64,000 bases of DNA from Chiloscyllium plagiosum. Its lineage: Eukaryota. The notes under the pieces are model-generated. The model was not told the origin of the DNA. It was given only the letters and a program-made list of their open reading frames with translations, and made no database searches. Of this stretch, positions 11,513 to 23,627 are shown piece after piece. Position 1 is the stretch's first letter. The number at the start of each line of letters is the position of its first letter. The stretch lies in the NCBI RefSeq assembly GCF_004010195.1, contig NC_057760.1:4330522-4394521 (forward strand), in the 5' to 3' direction. The position numbers were made by a program, and so were the translations under genes.

Positions 11513-13800
11513 AGATAGAATGTGATCTTGATAGATTTTGATCTTTTCACATCCAGCAAATCCTATATTCTTCACTATATCATTTACATCCAATAATTTC
11601 AAAAATAACTCAATCACATAGCCTCTGAGTGCTCACTTTTTAAAAATTGCTTAAGGGATATGCCACTATTTATTGCCTACCAGCAATAAAGAGGGCAACT
11701 AAGGGTCAACTACATTGCTGTGGGTCTGGAGCCACATGCAGGTCAGAATGTGTAAGGATGGCAGTTTTTCCAACCTAAAGAACATTAGCGAACCAGATAG
11801 TATCTACAATAATGGTTATAAATAAGCCTTTTATTCCATATTTTTCTCTTTATAGTGACTTCAAATTCCACCATCTATCATAGTCGAGATTACCACTGCA
11901 TCAATTTGCTTTGCTTACATTAGCAGATGCAGAGTTTCAATTACTGAAGACTATTTTGTACAGGACCCTTGCAACCATGAAATTCCTGGGCCAAACAAAA
12001 ATGAATACACAGTGCTTAACAAAAAGCCTTACAACAGGCAGCGAACCCCTTGTTTCTGTATAAACTGTGAATCCAGTTGCAGACTGCAGTCACGTGCATG
12101 CTCACATCCAAGGCAAATGGAGCTCAATTCTTTAATGCAGCAAGATGACCTCATCATAATTAATGAATAGAAAGGGACACTTAAGCAAAATGGCCTCAAC
12201 TCAATAATGTACACAGAGAAAGGATTTGTTGCAATGGGACAGGGCGAGAGTGTGAGGCATTAACTAGAGAGCAGTAATTTTGAGACAGAAACTGAGAAGT
12301 AATCAAAGATCTGCATGAAGCAGGGGAAAGAGAAACTAGTGGAAGATTTATACTCCTTTGGGAGCTTCTGACAACCAGCTAAGGGAAAATAAGGAAAGAT
12401 ATTGTGAACCAAATGAAGCAACTGTGGATTTAGAGACTGTGAAAGCATAAGCTGGTGTTTAAAGGCAGGACAGACCTGAGAAAGGGAGTGAACACTGATA
12501 AGGAAGGGGTTTGGAGATCCAGGGACGGAAATGTGTTAACACATGATCCTGAAACCTTTAAACAAAAGAAATGACAAACTTAAAACCAATAAACTGATGA
12601 ACGAGGCAAATTGCACCAACTACGCTTGTATATTTCATGATGTGGAGGTGCCGGTGTTGGATAGGGTGGGGAAAATGAGAAGTCACAGGGCACCAGGTTA
12701 TAGTCCAACAGGTTTATTTGAAATCACAAGCTTTCTGAGTGCTGCTTCTTTATCAGGTGAATTCAGAGCACTCAGAAAGCTTGTGACTTCAAATAAACCT
12801 GTTGGACTATAAACTGGTGTCCTGTGACTTCTCACCTTATAGATTTCACTTTGGAACTTCAGTATGACCAAGATACACATTCCTATGTGTTACTGTTTTT
12901 TTCCCCAAATATCCAGCAAAGAAACAAAGAGGAGACAGGAAAGCAGACAAGACATATTGAATGGAACTGAGCCCAGAGATCCAGCGCTCACTGATTGAAG
13001 TCACAACCAGTGGTTAAACTATGTCATGATGCCATTCTGCTTTCATTTCAGGGATTTAACTAAATGTCAGAGGTCGTGTTTAATCTGTAATCTGGTACTG
13101 TCCTGGAGTTTATGAGACATCCACTCCATTCAGAATATTTGATGTCACCTCAAAGGTGTAGAAAGTCCTCTGAGCAGAGATTAAATGGACAATGGATTTA
13201 ACTGTCAGTGAGTATCAGAGACAAAACCCAACAACTGAAGTCTCCAAGATAGGAAACCAGGTAGCTGCAGTGGGGGAAGCTATTTAAAGTAGACTGGAAC
13301 TGATGTCTTGCATCCCTATTTCGATGTGATATTGGTCAGTACATTGCAATTTTCTTTTCTTATTATTCCTCATGTCCTAATTACGCACCCCCATCCTCAA
13401 TAAATTGCAGCATTTACTATTTGAATTTATTCTTTCTCAACCAAACCAAATCTGTGAAAATCTTTACCTCCTCTCTTCTCTTGAGGCTTTGAAAGCAAAA
13501 TTTGGCATTGCATGAATGTTGGTAGTACCCTGTATTCTAGGTCACCACCTGAGTATATCAGCAACAATTATAGGTAAGAGAACCAGTGCAGGCACAATGG
13601 GCCAAATGGCCTGCTTCTGCACTGTAACAATGCTGTGATTCTGTGTCCCACTTTGATTATTTCCTGGACACATGCCCTCCTTAGCTTTGAGAAAGGTCTA
13701 CCATAATTTCATTGATACGTGAGAAAGCAACAAGGAAAATTCAAAAACTTCAATACCCAATTCAAACGTTACATGAGTACACAATAGGCATTCACCTTAC

Positions 13801-13861
13801 CTGCATCATTGGCTGAATTATTATCATAATCCCATGCTTCCAGTATCAGGGAGTAGGATCT
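13801..13861 (-). CDS. jag: Jagged-family exon 3 (RSYSLILEAWDYDNNSANDA)
   Basis: Acceptor gattttcag|AGA, donor G|gtaagg; 61 bp, phase 0/1. Matches JAG1 RSYTLLVEAWD and JAG2 RSFTLIVEAWDWDND. Not in the ORF track. Confidence 0.95.
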
Positions 13862-13924
13862 CTGAAAATCAGAAGGAGCATTTTATCAAAGAGCAGCCAT
13901 GCCCTGAAAATAATTACTCAATAG

Positions 13925-16900
13925 TGTTACGACGTGGGGTAAACCCCTTTGCTATTTTAAACCTAACACACAGAGAAGCTCACCTCATGCCGTACTCAAG
14001 AGGCAAAGAACCCATCCTAGATCTTACTATTTAAAGTAAATATTAATAATTTTATTCTTTAAGCCAACAGAGAACATTAAAACAACAACTTTTTACAACT
14101 CCTTTCTCTTAAAACCATCTTTTACCTCCCACTCTACAATACTGGTCTGATTTTAAAAAACTCCGATTAAGATTTACAAAAATTAGCCATGCTTCAAAAC
14201 CAGCCAGCTTTGTCAATTCTCCTCTGTACATTTTCCTCTGGGTTTTCCTGGGTCGTCTTTTCTTCGGTCTTTTGCTGCACAACATTTCTCATGGACAAAT
14301 ACCTTTCAGAGAGCTATTCGGCTAGTAGTCTATACTTGTTGATGCTCTTAGACAATAGATAACAGGTGCAGGAGTAGGCCATTCAGCCCTTTGAGCCAGC
14401 ACCACCATTCATTATGATCATGGCTGATCATCCACAATCAGTATCCTGTTCCTGCCTTATCCCCATAACCTTGATTCACTATCTTTAAGAGCTCTATCCA
14501 TCTCTTTCTTGAAAGTATGCAGAGACTTGGCTTCCACTGCCTTCTGTGGCAGAGCGTTCCATATATCCACTACTCTCTGGGTGAAGAAGTTTCTCCTCAA
14601 CTCTGTTCTAAATGGCCTACCACTTATTTTTAAACTGTCCTCTGGTTCTGGACTCACCCATCAGTGGAAACATGCTTCCTGCCTCCAGAGTGTCCAATCC
14701 TTTAATAATCTTATACATCCCAATCAGATCCCCTCTCAGCCTTCTAAACTCAAGCGTATACAAGCCCAGTCGCTCCAGTCTTTCAACACATGATAGTCCC
14801 ACCATTCCGGAAATTGACCTTGTGAACCTACGCTGCACTCCCTCAATAGCCAGAGTGTCCTTCTTCAAATTTGTAGGCCAAAACTGCACATAATACTCCA
14901 GGTGCGGTCTCATCAGGGTCCTGTACAGCTACAGAAGGACGTCTTTGCTCCTATACTCAATTTTGCCTGTTATGAAGGCCAGCATGCTGTTAGATTTCTT
15001 CACTGCCTGCTATACCTACATGCTTGCTTTCATTGACTGATGTACAAGAACATCTAGATCTCATTGTACTTCCCCTTTACCTAACTTGACTCCATTTAGA
15101 TAGTAATCTGCCTTCCTGTTCTTGCCACCAAAGTGGATAACCATACATTTATCCACATTAAACTGCATCTGCCATGCATCCGTCCACTCACCTAGCCTGT
15201 CCAAGTGACCCTGTATTCTCATAACATCCTCTTCACATTTCACCCTGCCACCCAGCTTTGTGTCATCAGCAAATTTGCTAATATTACTTTTAATGACGTC
15301 ATCTATATCATTTAATATATATTGTAAAAGCTGCAGTCCCAGCACTGAACCTTGTCTTACCCCACTGGTCACTGCCTAACATTCCAAAAGGGACCCGTTT
15401 ATCACTACTCTTTGCTTCCTGTCAATTTTCAATCCAAGTCAGTACCTTGCTCCTAATACCATGTGCCCTAATTTTGCTCACTAATCTCTTATGTGGGACC
15501 TTATCAAAGGCTTTCTGAAAATCCAGGTACATTACATTCACTGGCTCTCCCTTGTCCATTTTCATAGTTACATCCTCAAAAAATTGCAAAAGATTAGTCA
15601 AGCACGATTTCCCCTTCGTAAATCCATGCTAACTCTGACCTATCCTGTTACTGCTATCCAAATGAGTCATAATTTTATAATTGACTCCAACATCTTTCCC
15701 ACCACTGACATCAGGCTAACCAGTCTATAATTCCCTGTTTTCTCTCTCCCTCCCTTCTTGAAAAGTCGGATAACATTAGCCACCCTCCAATCTGCAGGAA
15801 CTGATCTTGAATCGGTAGAACATTGGAAAATGATTACCAACGCGTCCACGATTTCTGGAGCTACCTCCTTAAGTACCCTGGGATGCAGACCAACAGGTTC
15901 CAGAAACTTATCAGCCTTCAGACCTAACAGTTTATCCAACATCATTTCTTGCCTAATATAAATTCCCTTCAGTTCATCCATTACCCCAGGTCCTTCAGCC
16001 ACTATTACATCTGGAGATTGCGTCTGTCTTCCCCAGTGAAGACAGATCCAAAGTACCTATTCAATTCTTCTGCCATTTCCTTGTTCCCCATTATAGATTC
16101 GCTCATTTCTGTCTTCAAGGGCCCAATTTTTGTCTTAACCATTTTTTTTCTTTTCACATACCTAAAAAAGCTTTTACTATCCTCCTTTATATTTTTGGCC
16201 AATTTGCCTTCGTACCTCATGTTTTCTCCATGTATTGCCTTTTTAGTTATCCTCTGTTGCTCAGTAAAAGTTTCCCAGCCTCTGCTTCCTGCTCATCTTT
16301 GCTATGTTATGCTTTTTCACTTTTATTTTTTATACAGATCTTAACTTCCCTCATCAGTCACGGCCGCCCCTGCCTCCCCTTAGGATCTTTCTTCCTCTTT
16401 GGAATGAACTGATCTTGCACCTTCTGCATTTTATCCAGAAATACCTGCCATTGTGGTTCCACTGCCATCCCTGTTCAGGCATTGAACCATTGAACTTTGG
16501 CCAGCTCCTCCCTCATAGCTCCATAGTTCCCTTTGTTCAACTGCAATACTGACACTCCCGATTCTCCCTTCTCCCTCTCAAATTGCGATTAAAACTTATC
16601 ATATTATGGTCACTACTTCCTAATGGCTCCTTTACTTCGAGGTCCCTGATCGAACCGGTTCATTGCACAACACCAGATCCAGAATTGCTTTCTCCCTGGT
16701 CGGCTCCAGTACAAGCTGTTCTAAGAATCCATCTCGGAGGCACTCCACAAACTCCCTTACTTGGGGTCCAGTACCATCCTGATTCTCCCAGTCAACCTGC
16801 ATGTTGAAATCCCCATAACAACTGTAGTAATACCTTTGCAAAAGGCCAATTTCAACTCCTTACTCAACTTACACCCTACATCCAGACTACTGTTGGGGGC

Positions 16901-18852
16901 TTGTAGATAATTCCCATTAGGGTCTTTCTACCCTTAGAATTTCTCAGCTCTATCCATACTGACTCTAAATCTCCTGATTCTATGTCTCCCTTCACAAGGG
17001 ACTGGATATCATTCCTCACCAACAGGGCCACCCCACCCCCTCTGCCAGTCAGTCTATCCCTGCGATAGCACGTATAGCCTTGAATATTCATTTCCCAGGC
17101 CTTGTCCAGTTGAAGCCACGTCTCCGTTATTCCCATAACATCTCACCTGCCAATTTCCAACTGAGCCTCAAGCTCATCCATCTTATTTCTTATGCTTCGT
17201 GCATTCATATACAATATTCTAAAATTGATACTCACCTCACCCTTCCTATCAATCCCTGTTTCACTTGACCATACTGTATGATCCCTCCTTGAGTTTTCTG
17301 CTCCATTGATTCTGTTGCCTTTCTTAACTTCTCTTAATCTCACTTTCCCTTTAACTTCCTTCTTAAATTTCCAGTTTGTCCCCTCCACCCCCACTACTTA
17401 GTTTAAACACCCCTGTGTTGGAGTGGCAAATCTACCTGCCAGAATGCTGGTCCCCCACCTATTAAGATGCAACCCTCTTGTATAATTTATCCTTACCGCT
17501 AAACATACCCCAGTGATCCAAGAATTTAAATCCTTGCTTCCTGTACCAGTGCCTCAGCCACACATTCAAGTCCATTATCTCCCTGTTCCTGCTATGTCCA
17601 GCCTGTGGAACTGGAAGCAAACCGGAGATAACCACCCTGGAAGTCAAGCTTTTCAGCCTTCTTCCGAATTCTCTGATGTCCCACTGTAGAATGTCCCTCC
17701 TCTTCTTTCCGGTGTCATTTATGCCGACATGCACCACCACCTCTGGCTCTTCACCTTCGCCCTTGAGGATTTCCTGCACTCTGTTGGTGATGTCCTGGAC
17801 CCTGGCACCAGGAAGGCAACACACCATCCTCAAATCCTGCCTGTTGCTGCAGAAACCCTTTTCGGTCCCTCTCACTATGGAGTCCCCTATTACCATGGCT
17901 CTGCATGATGTCTGACTTCTCGGCTCTGCCTCCACGCCAATTTTTGATTGGACCTGTCCACCTCTCAGACTCGCAGTGTCGTCTGTCTTGACAGTTTCCA
18001 AGAGATTCAACCTGTTCACGAGAGGTATTTCCCCCGGGGTCTGTTGTACTTGAATCATCTCTTCCTTCCTCATCATCATCTCCCTTCTCTCTTCTGATAT
18101 GCTCGGTGTGATGATCTTGCTGACGATCCTGTCCAGAAAACTCTTGTTCTCTTGGATAAACCTGAGGTCATCTAGTTCTTTCTTCAGTGCTGCAACATGC
18201 TCCTTCAGAAGCTGAATGTGTACACACTTTCCACAGCTATAGGAGCCAGAGACACCATCAGTGTCCCTGACCTCCCACATCATGCACACAGCACACTGAA
18301 TCAGCTTGGCAGTCATGTCTTCACCCTCTTTAACTGTGGTGTAATCTCCTCACTCAGCCTCTTTGCCGAAGGCTCTCACTTTTCTCACCAGACACTTCCC
18401 TCAACCCCCTTTTTTGCTGCTAGTCTGTGCTGTTTGCTGTTCTCTTTGCTGATCTCTCCTAAATTACTTCAAAATATTTGATTTTAATACCTGAAAGCAT
18501 TGGATCATTTCATTGGTTTGATGTCATCCCAAACAGTGAAATTCAAATTTGGTTGGATTTTTGCATCTGAGCTATAATTTAAACTGGGCTTTTGCCCGAA
18601 ACGTCGATTTTACTGCTCCTCGAATGCTGCCTGAACTGCTGGGCTCTTCCAGCACCACTAATCCAGAATATAATTTAAACTGATTGGCCAAATTTGAATT
18701 TATTTTTTGTTCAATGGCAACACAACTCCAGCTATTCGTTTCAACCAAATGTTACATTTTTACCTTGTCCACGACACTTTGTGCTTTCAGTCAGTCCTTG
18801 CTAGCATCCTCTCTCTCTTAAAGGTTCAATACACACCTATACCTTGATAACA
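13925..18852 (-). mobile_element. Solo LTR (TGTTA...TAACA) split by a CR1 LINE and a small Penelope-like insert
   Basis: 13925-14348 and about 18460-18852 are reverse-complement homologs of 35687-36380; flanks atag/attg form a 4-bp TSD with one mismatch. Confidence 0.75.
14349..18450 (-). mobile_element. Near full-length CR1 LINE: ORF1 (zinc finger/coiled coil plus SGNH esterase, 17462-18316) and frameshifted ORF2 (APE plus RT)
   Basis: ORF1 has CAVC..CGKC, VIGDSIVR, CLPGA and VHVGIND; ORF2 pieces include YMNARSIRNK, GITETWL, GDFN, SKFADDTKLGG and RPHLEY. Confidence 0.95.
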
Positions 18853-20584
18853 ATTGGTTAGTCAATGAATTCCATTGGCACCGGCTCGAATGTGGCAAAA
18901 AAGACTCCTGTGGATGATAACCCCAACTTGCCTTCCCCCTCAACTGATGGATCAGTGTTCCTCCCTATTGATCATCATTTGGGAGAGGGTCAAGGGCACA
19001 AATTGTACCCTGGATGGGGGACTTCACTGACATTCACTAAGAATGGCTCACCAGCAGAACTACTGATCAGGCTGATCTAGTCCTAAAAGACATAACTGCC
19101 ACACTGGTTCTGCAAAAGGTAAAAATGGGTCCAACTAAAAAAGTAAAACTCTCATCCTCACTGACCTGGCTGATGGTGTTGCATCTGTTTATGACAATAT
19201 TGATAGGAGTGGCTAGTGAACAATTCACCTGAAGATGAAGTTCTATCTTCTCACAGAGGATACCCTCTAACATCTGCGTAGCACTAACACTCTGCTAAGT
19301 GGGATAAATTTTAGACATGTATGTAGCATCTCAAAAATGGGCAACAGTGAGACATTTAACACATCAATAGCAGAATTGTGTTCAGCCACAACCCTTAATT
19401 TCATGGCCTGGTGCATCACCCTTCTATTGTTATGATCAACACTGGTTCATTGAAAAGTCCAGGTGGCCATCTCAGCAGCAACACCACATTTAGCTAAAAA
19501 TGAGATGTCAACTTGGTGAAGCTATAACACATATTACTGGAGTGCCAAACAGTGAAGCATAATGACATAGCTGAGTGATCAGACAACCAACAAATCAGAT
19601 CAATCCCATCCTCAACGATAGGGAGCCCAGCACATCAGTGAAAAAGATAAGGCTGAAACATTTGCAACAATATTCATCTAAAAATACTGAGTGGGTAACA
19701 CAACTCAGCATCCTCTAGCATCATAAATGCCAAGCTTCTGCTGATTTCCTTCACCCCATGTGATATCGAAAAATGGCTGAAGGCATTAAATACTGAAAGG
19801 ACTATGGGCCTGGTCAATATTCCAGTCACAAAATTGAAGACTTGTGCCTCAGAACTAGTCATGGATATAGCCAAGCTGTTCCAGGACAGCTATAATACTG
19901 CTATCTATTTGATGATTTGAAAATAGCTCAGGTATGTCCTGTACACAAAAAAGTAAGAAAATCTAGCCCAGCTAAATACTGCCCAATTACTCCACCCTCA
20001 AAGTGATGGAAGGAGTCATCAACAGTGCTACCAAGTGTTACTTATATTTTAACACTGACATGGTGAGCAAATTGTAGACCCTTCCCAAGCTGGAACGCTC
20101 ACTCATAAAAGGAAAGGATTTTGAATATCTCTCAAACTCTAGTTCATTAGAACAGTAGTGCCTGACTATTTGCAGATAAGTCTTTGCATGCAGTGCCCAT
20201 TGTTTCCTATTCATTTTTGGGATATGGGTGTCACTGGCTGAACCAGCATTTATTCCCTAAACTTAATTGCCCAGAGGTTAAGTCAGACCTAGCCACATAT
20301 CTGTGGGACTGGAGTTACATACAGGCCAGACCAAATAAGTATGACAGATTTGTTTTCCTGAAGGAGATTATTGAACCAGATGAGTTTTTTTACACAGAAA
20401 TCAGCAGACTTCTTCTTCTATGTCTTTATTCAATTCAAATGTAATCATTGGCCATGGTGGAATTTGAACCCCTATCCCAAGAATATTAACCTTGGCCTCT
20501 GAATGACTAGTTCAGTACCATTACCCCTATACCACCACTTCCCCTCCCATGGACAAACAGATCTGAATTTACAACTTGGTTGCT

Positions 20585-20770
20585 TCATGAGAATTTTATG
20601 AAGCACCTTACAATCACTGAATAACTTCTTTCACACACTCCATTACTGAAGGGGCATTTTGCCACTGTGCTCATTACCAGATGCATATTTTCACAAATAT
20701 CTCTCAATTCATCATTGGCAAATTCCAACTCATTGTCAGTGAGGAATTTAGCCTGAAGTGTTTCCATTGT
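20585..20770 (-). mobile_element. LTR-retrotransposon integrase core fragment
   Basis: KFLTDNELEFANDELRDICENM...PFSNGVCERS resembles the rve TDNG.EF...P..NG..ER pattern; degenerate. Confidence 0.65.
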
Positions 20771-20952
20771 AATAAAGTTAGAGCCGAAGTTTAGAATGCT
20801 GCAAGTTGCAAGGGATGTCTCTGGGGCTCAGAGTTCATAAGAGAGAGTCTGAAAAGGGAACGCAAAAGGACAACGCCACTGATCAAATTGTAGTTTTAAC
20901 TGCAACTAAGGGACCAGAGTTAGACTCTGTTCTGAGCACAGGGAGGGGAAAA

Positions 20953-21176
20953 AGTGAGGACTGTAGATGTTGGAGATCAGAGTCAAAAAGTGTCGTGCTG
21001 GAAAAGCACAGCTGGTCAGGCATCATCTGAGGAGCAGGAGAATCGACGGTTCGAGCATAAGCTCTTCATCAGAAATGTTCTTCCTGATGAAGAGTTTATG
21101 CTCAAACTGTCGACTCTCCTGCTCCTCAGATGCTGCCTGACCAGCTGTGCTTTTCCAGCACCACACCTTTTGACTG
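20953..21176. mobile_element. Inverted pair of family A Penelope-like termini
   Basis: About 100-bp arms in opposite orientation around 21075. Confidence 0.8.
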
Positions 21177-21793
21177 TGAGTACAGATAGTGAGAGATATA
21201 AAGCAAGTTTGTCAAAAGAGAAGATAACCCCTTTTTCTTCATATATGCAGCTAAGCCCCTAACTATATGAAGGAGCTTCCTTTTGCTGGAGAATGATCTT
21301 GTTTTCTTCTGGAGATTTTACTAAAAGCAAACCTATTAGTAAATGGAATTAGTTCCATTGCACAACTGCAATGCGACGCCTTACTTGAAACAGTGGCAGT
21401 GAGAATAGTTAAGAAATGATCCATGCACACAATGGATTACTCCTGGGTAATGAGTGAAGGTTATAAACCCTACAGGATATTATAGAATTCTAAGTTATAA
21501 ACTTGCCACTGGCAAAAGATAATTTGTTGCAACAATGAATTATTTTTCATGTTAATTACACAAAATTCCAAAGTGCTTCTTCTAACCTTAGTTTATCAGT
21601 CAGGTAAGTTGGGGACTTTGAATAGCTTCACATTGGTGGCGGCTCCGGGAATAGCTTGATTTCCAGTGCACCACCTCAGTGGGTTGTGAAATTATGAAAT
21701 GTCTCCTTAAGTATTTGCTGTTCATTTACCATTTTCCCTTCTTACCTGGTCCCAGGCAACAAACAGTCATTAAAAATGGGAGCAATATCTTAC

Positions 21794-22102
21794 CGGCCAC
21801 GCAAAACGAAAGGGGACTCTGATGCTGCCGGCATTTTCATCACTGTTTTTGCTTTTGAAAGAAAATGAATTGCCACCTAAAATGGAGCTGGAACCTGTTC
21901 CCAGGATGCAAGGTCCCCCAGGAAGCACCCAGACTTGGTAATGCTTGAGGCAGACATGAAAACGTGTGTCACATTCATCTTGTGTGCAGCGGGAATGGGG
22001 AGTTTCCCGCTCACCATCACAACAGATGCCACTGTGAAGCTCGCCATTGTGATTCTGCATCAATATAATTTGAAGCTCAAAAGTCCCAGCTGCATGAGGA
22101 AT
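21794..22102 (-). CDS. jag: Jagged-family exon 2, C2/MNNL domain (IPHAAGTFELQIILMQNHNGELHSGICCDG...CTQDECDTRFHVCLKHYQ...IRVPFRFAWP)
   Basis: Acceptor cttttgcag|ATT, donor CCG|gtaag; 309 bp, phase 0/0. FEL..NGEL..CC..DECDT..CLK.YQ..GPC..LGGN.F..PF.FAWP is the Jagged exon-2 pattern. Confidence 0.96.
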
Positions 22103-22799
22103 CTGCAAAAGAGAATAAAATTGTATTAGGAGGGGCAACCAGGATTGTCCAATAGGGAACTGGCCTTTGAATCAAATTTATAGAAGATGGAAGACAGTGG
22201 TCATTCAGAGAAGAACACATGGATTACTAGACAAACTGAAGCCTCTTCAGGCTGTTCAGCTATTTCTCTAGCACCTACCCAATTTGTGTACATATTCCTG
22301 ACTTAACAAATATCTATCACCTTCAGTTTTGACATTTCAATTGATCTTGATTTTCAATAGCCTTCTGGTGGGTCAGAATTCCAGATTTTCAACAGACCTT
22401 CATGTGAAGAAATCCTTCCTGACTTCACACCCAAATAGACTTGACGTTGATTTTAGACCTCACTTCATTGTTCTGGACTCCCCCACCACAGGAAACTGTC
22501 CTCAATAGCTCATTTCAATCACTCTTTTAAAGCTACCTTGTACATCCAGTTTGCAAAACATTACTCTTTTATCCCTTGCTACAATTGCTAACTTTGAATG
22601 GACCTCTCCAGTGCAAGGGATACAGCAACCCAAAAAGGTAGCTCACCACCACCTTCTCATGGGAAGTTTGGGATTGGCATTAAATGCTGGCCCAACTGGC
22701 GAGACCCACATTCCAGGAAAGAATTTAAAAAATGAAAATGGTTGAGTTGTCATTTTTCTGAATTATTGTCTTTTTCATGTTTGGTCTCCCTTGGTCAAT

Positions 22800-23627
22800 G
22801 TTGAGAGTGCGGTGCTGGGAAAGCACAGCAGGTCAGGCAGCATTCAAGGAGCAGGAGAATCAACGTTTCAGACATAAGCACTTCATCAGGAATGAAGCTT
22901 GTAGGCTGTGGGGGGGGGGGGGCAGGGCTGAGAGATAANNNNNNNNNNNNNNNNNNNNNNNNNNNNNNNNNNNNNNNNNNNNNNNNNNNNNNNNNNNNNN
23001 NNNNNNNNNNNNNNNNNNNNNNNNNNNNNNNNNNNNNNNNNNNNNNNNNNNNNNNNNNNNNNNNNNNNNNNNNNNNNNNNNNNNNNNNNNNNNNNNNNNN
23101 NNNNNNNNNNNNNNNNNNNNNNNNNNNNNNNNNNNNNNNNNNNNNNNNNNNNNNNNNNNNNNNNNNNNNNNNNNNNNNNNNNNNNNNNNNNNNNNNNNNN
23201 NNNNNNNNNNNNNNNNNNNNNNNNNNNNNNNNNNNNNNNNNNNNNNNNNNNNNNNNNNNNNNNNNNNNNNNNNNNNNNNNNNNNNNNNNNNNNNNNNNNN
23301 NNNNNNNNNNNNNNNNNNNNNNNNNNNNNNNNNNNNNNNNNNNNNNNNNNNNNNNNNNNNNNNNNNNNNNNNNNNNNNNNNNNNNNNNNNNNNNNNNNNN
23401 NNNNNNNNNNNNNNNNNNNNNNNNNNNNNNNNNNNNNNNNNNTACCCCTCCCTCCCATTTGTCTCTCAGCACCCCCCCTCCCCCAGCCCACAAGCTTCAT
23501 TCCTGATGAAGGGTTTATGCCCAAAATTTCGATTTTCCTGCTCTTCAGATGCTGCCTGACCAGCTGTGCCTTTCTAGCACCACACTCTCGACTCTGATCT
23601 CCAGCATCTGCAGTCCTCACTTTTTCC
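22800..23627. mobile_element. Inverted family A Penelope-like insertion spanning N gap 22939-23442
   Basis: Arms on either side of the gap are reverse complements; cttggtcaat is repeated on both flanks. Confidence 0.75.

Noticed and set aside
17462..18316. 284-aa SGNH esterase ORF as a host gene
   Set aside because: It is CR1 ORF1, directly upstream of an endonuclease-RT ORF2; a homolog lies at 51285-51896.
22795..23620. Long ORFs across N runs (also 59177-59920 and 8637-8990)
   Set aside because: Assembly-gap artefacts.
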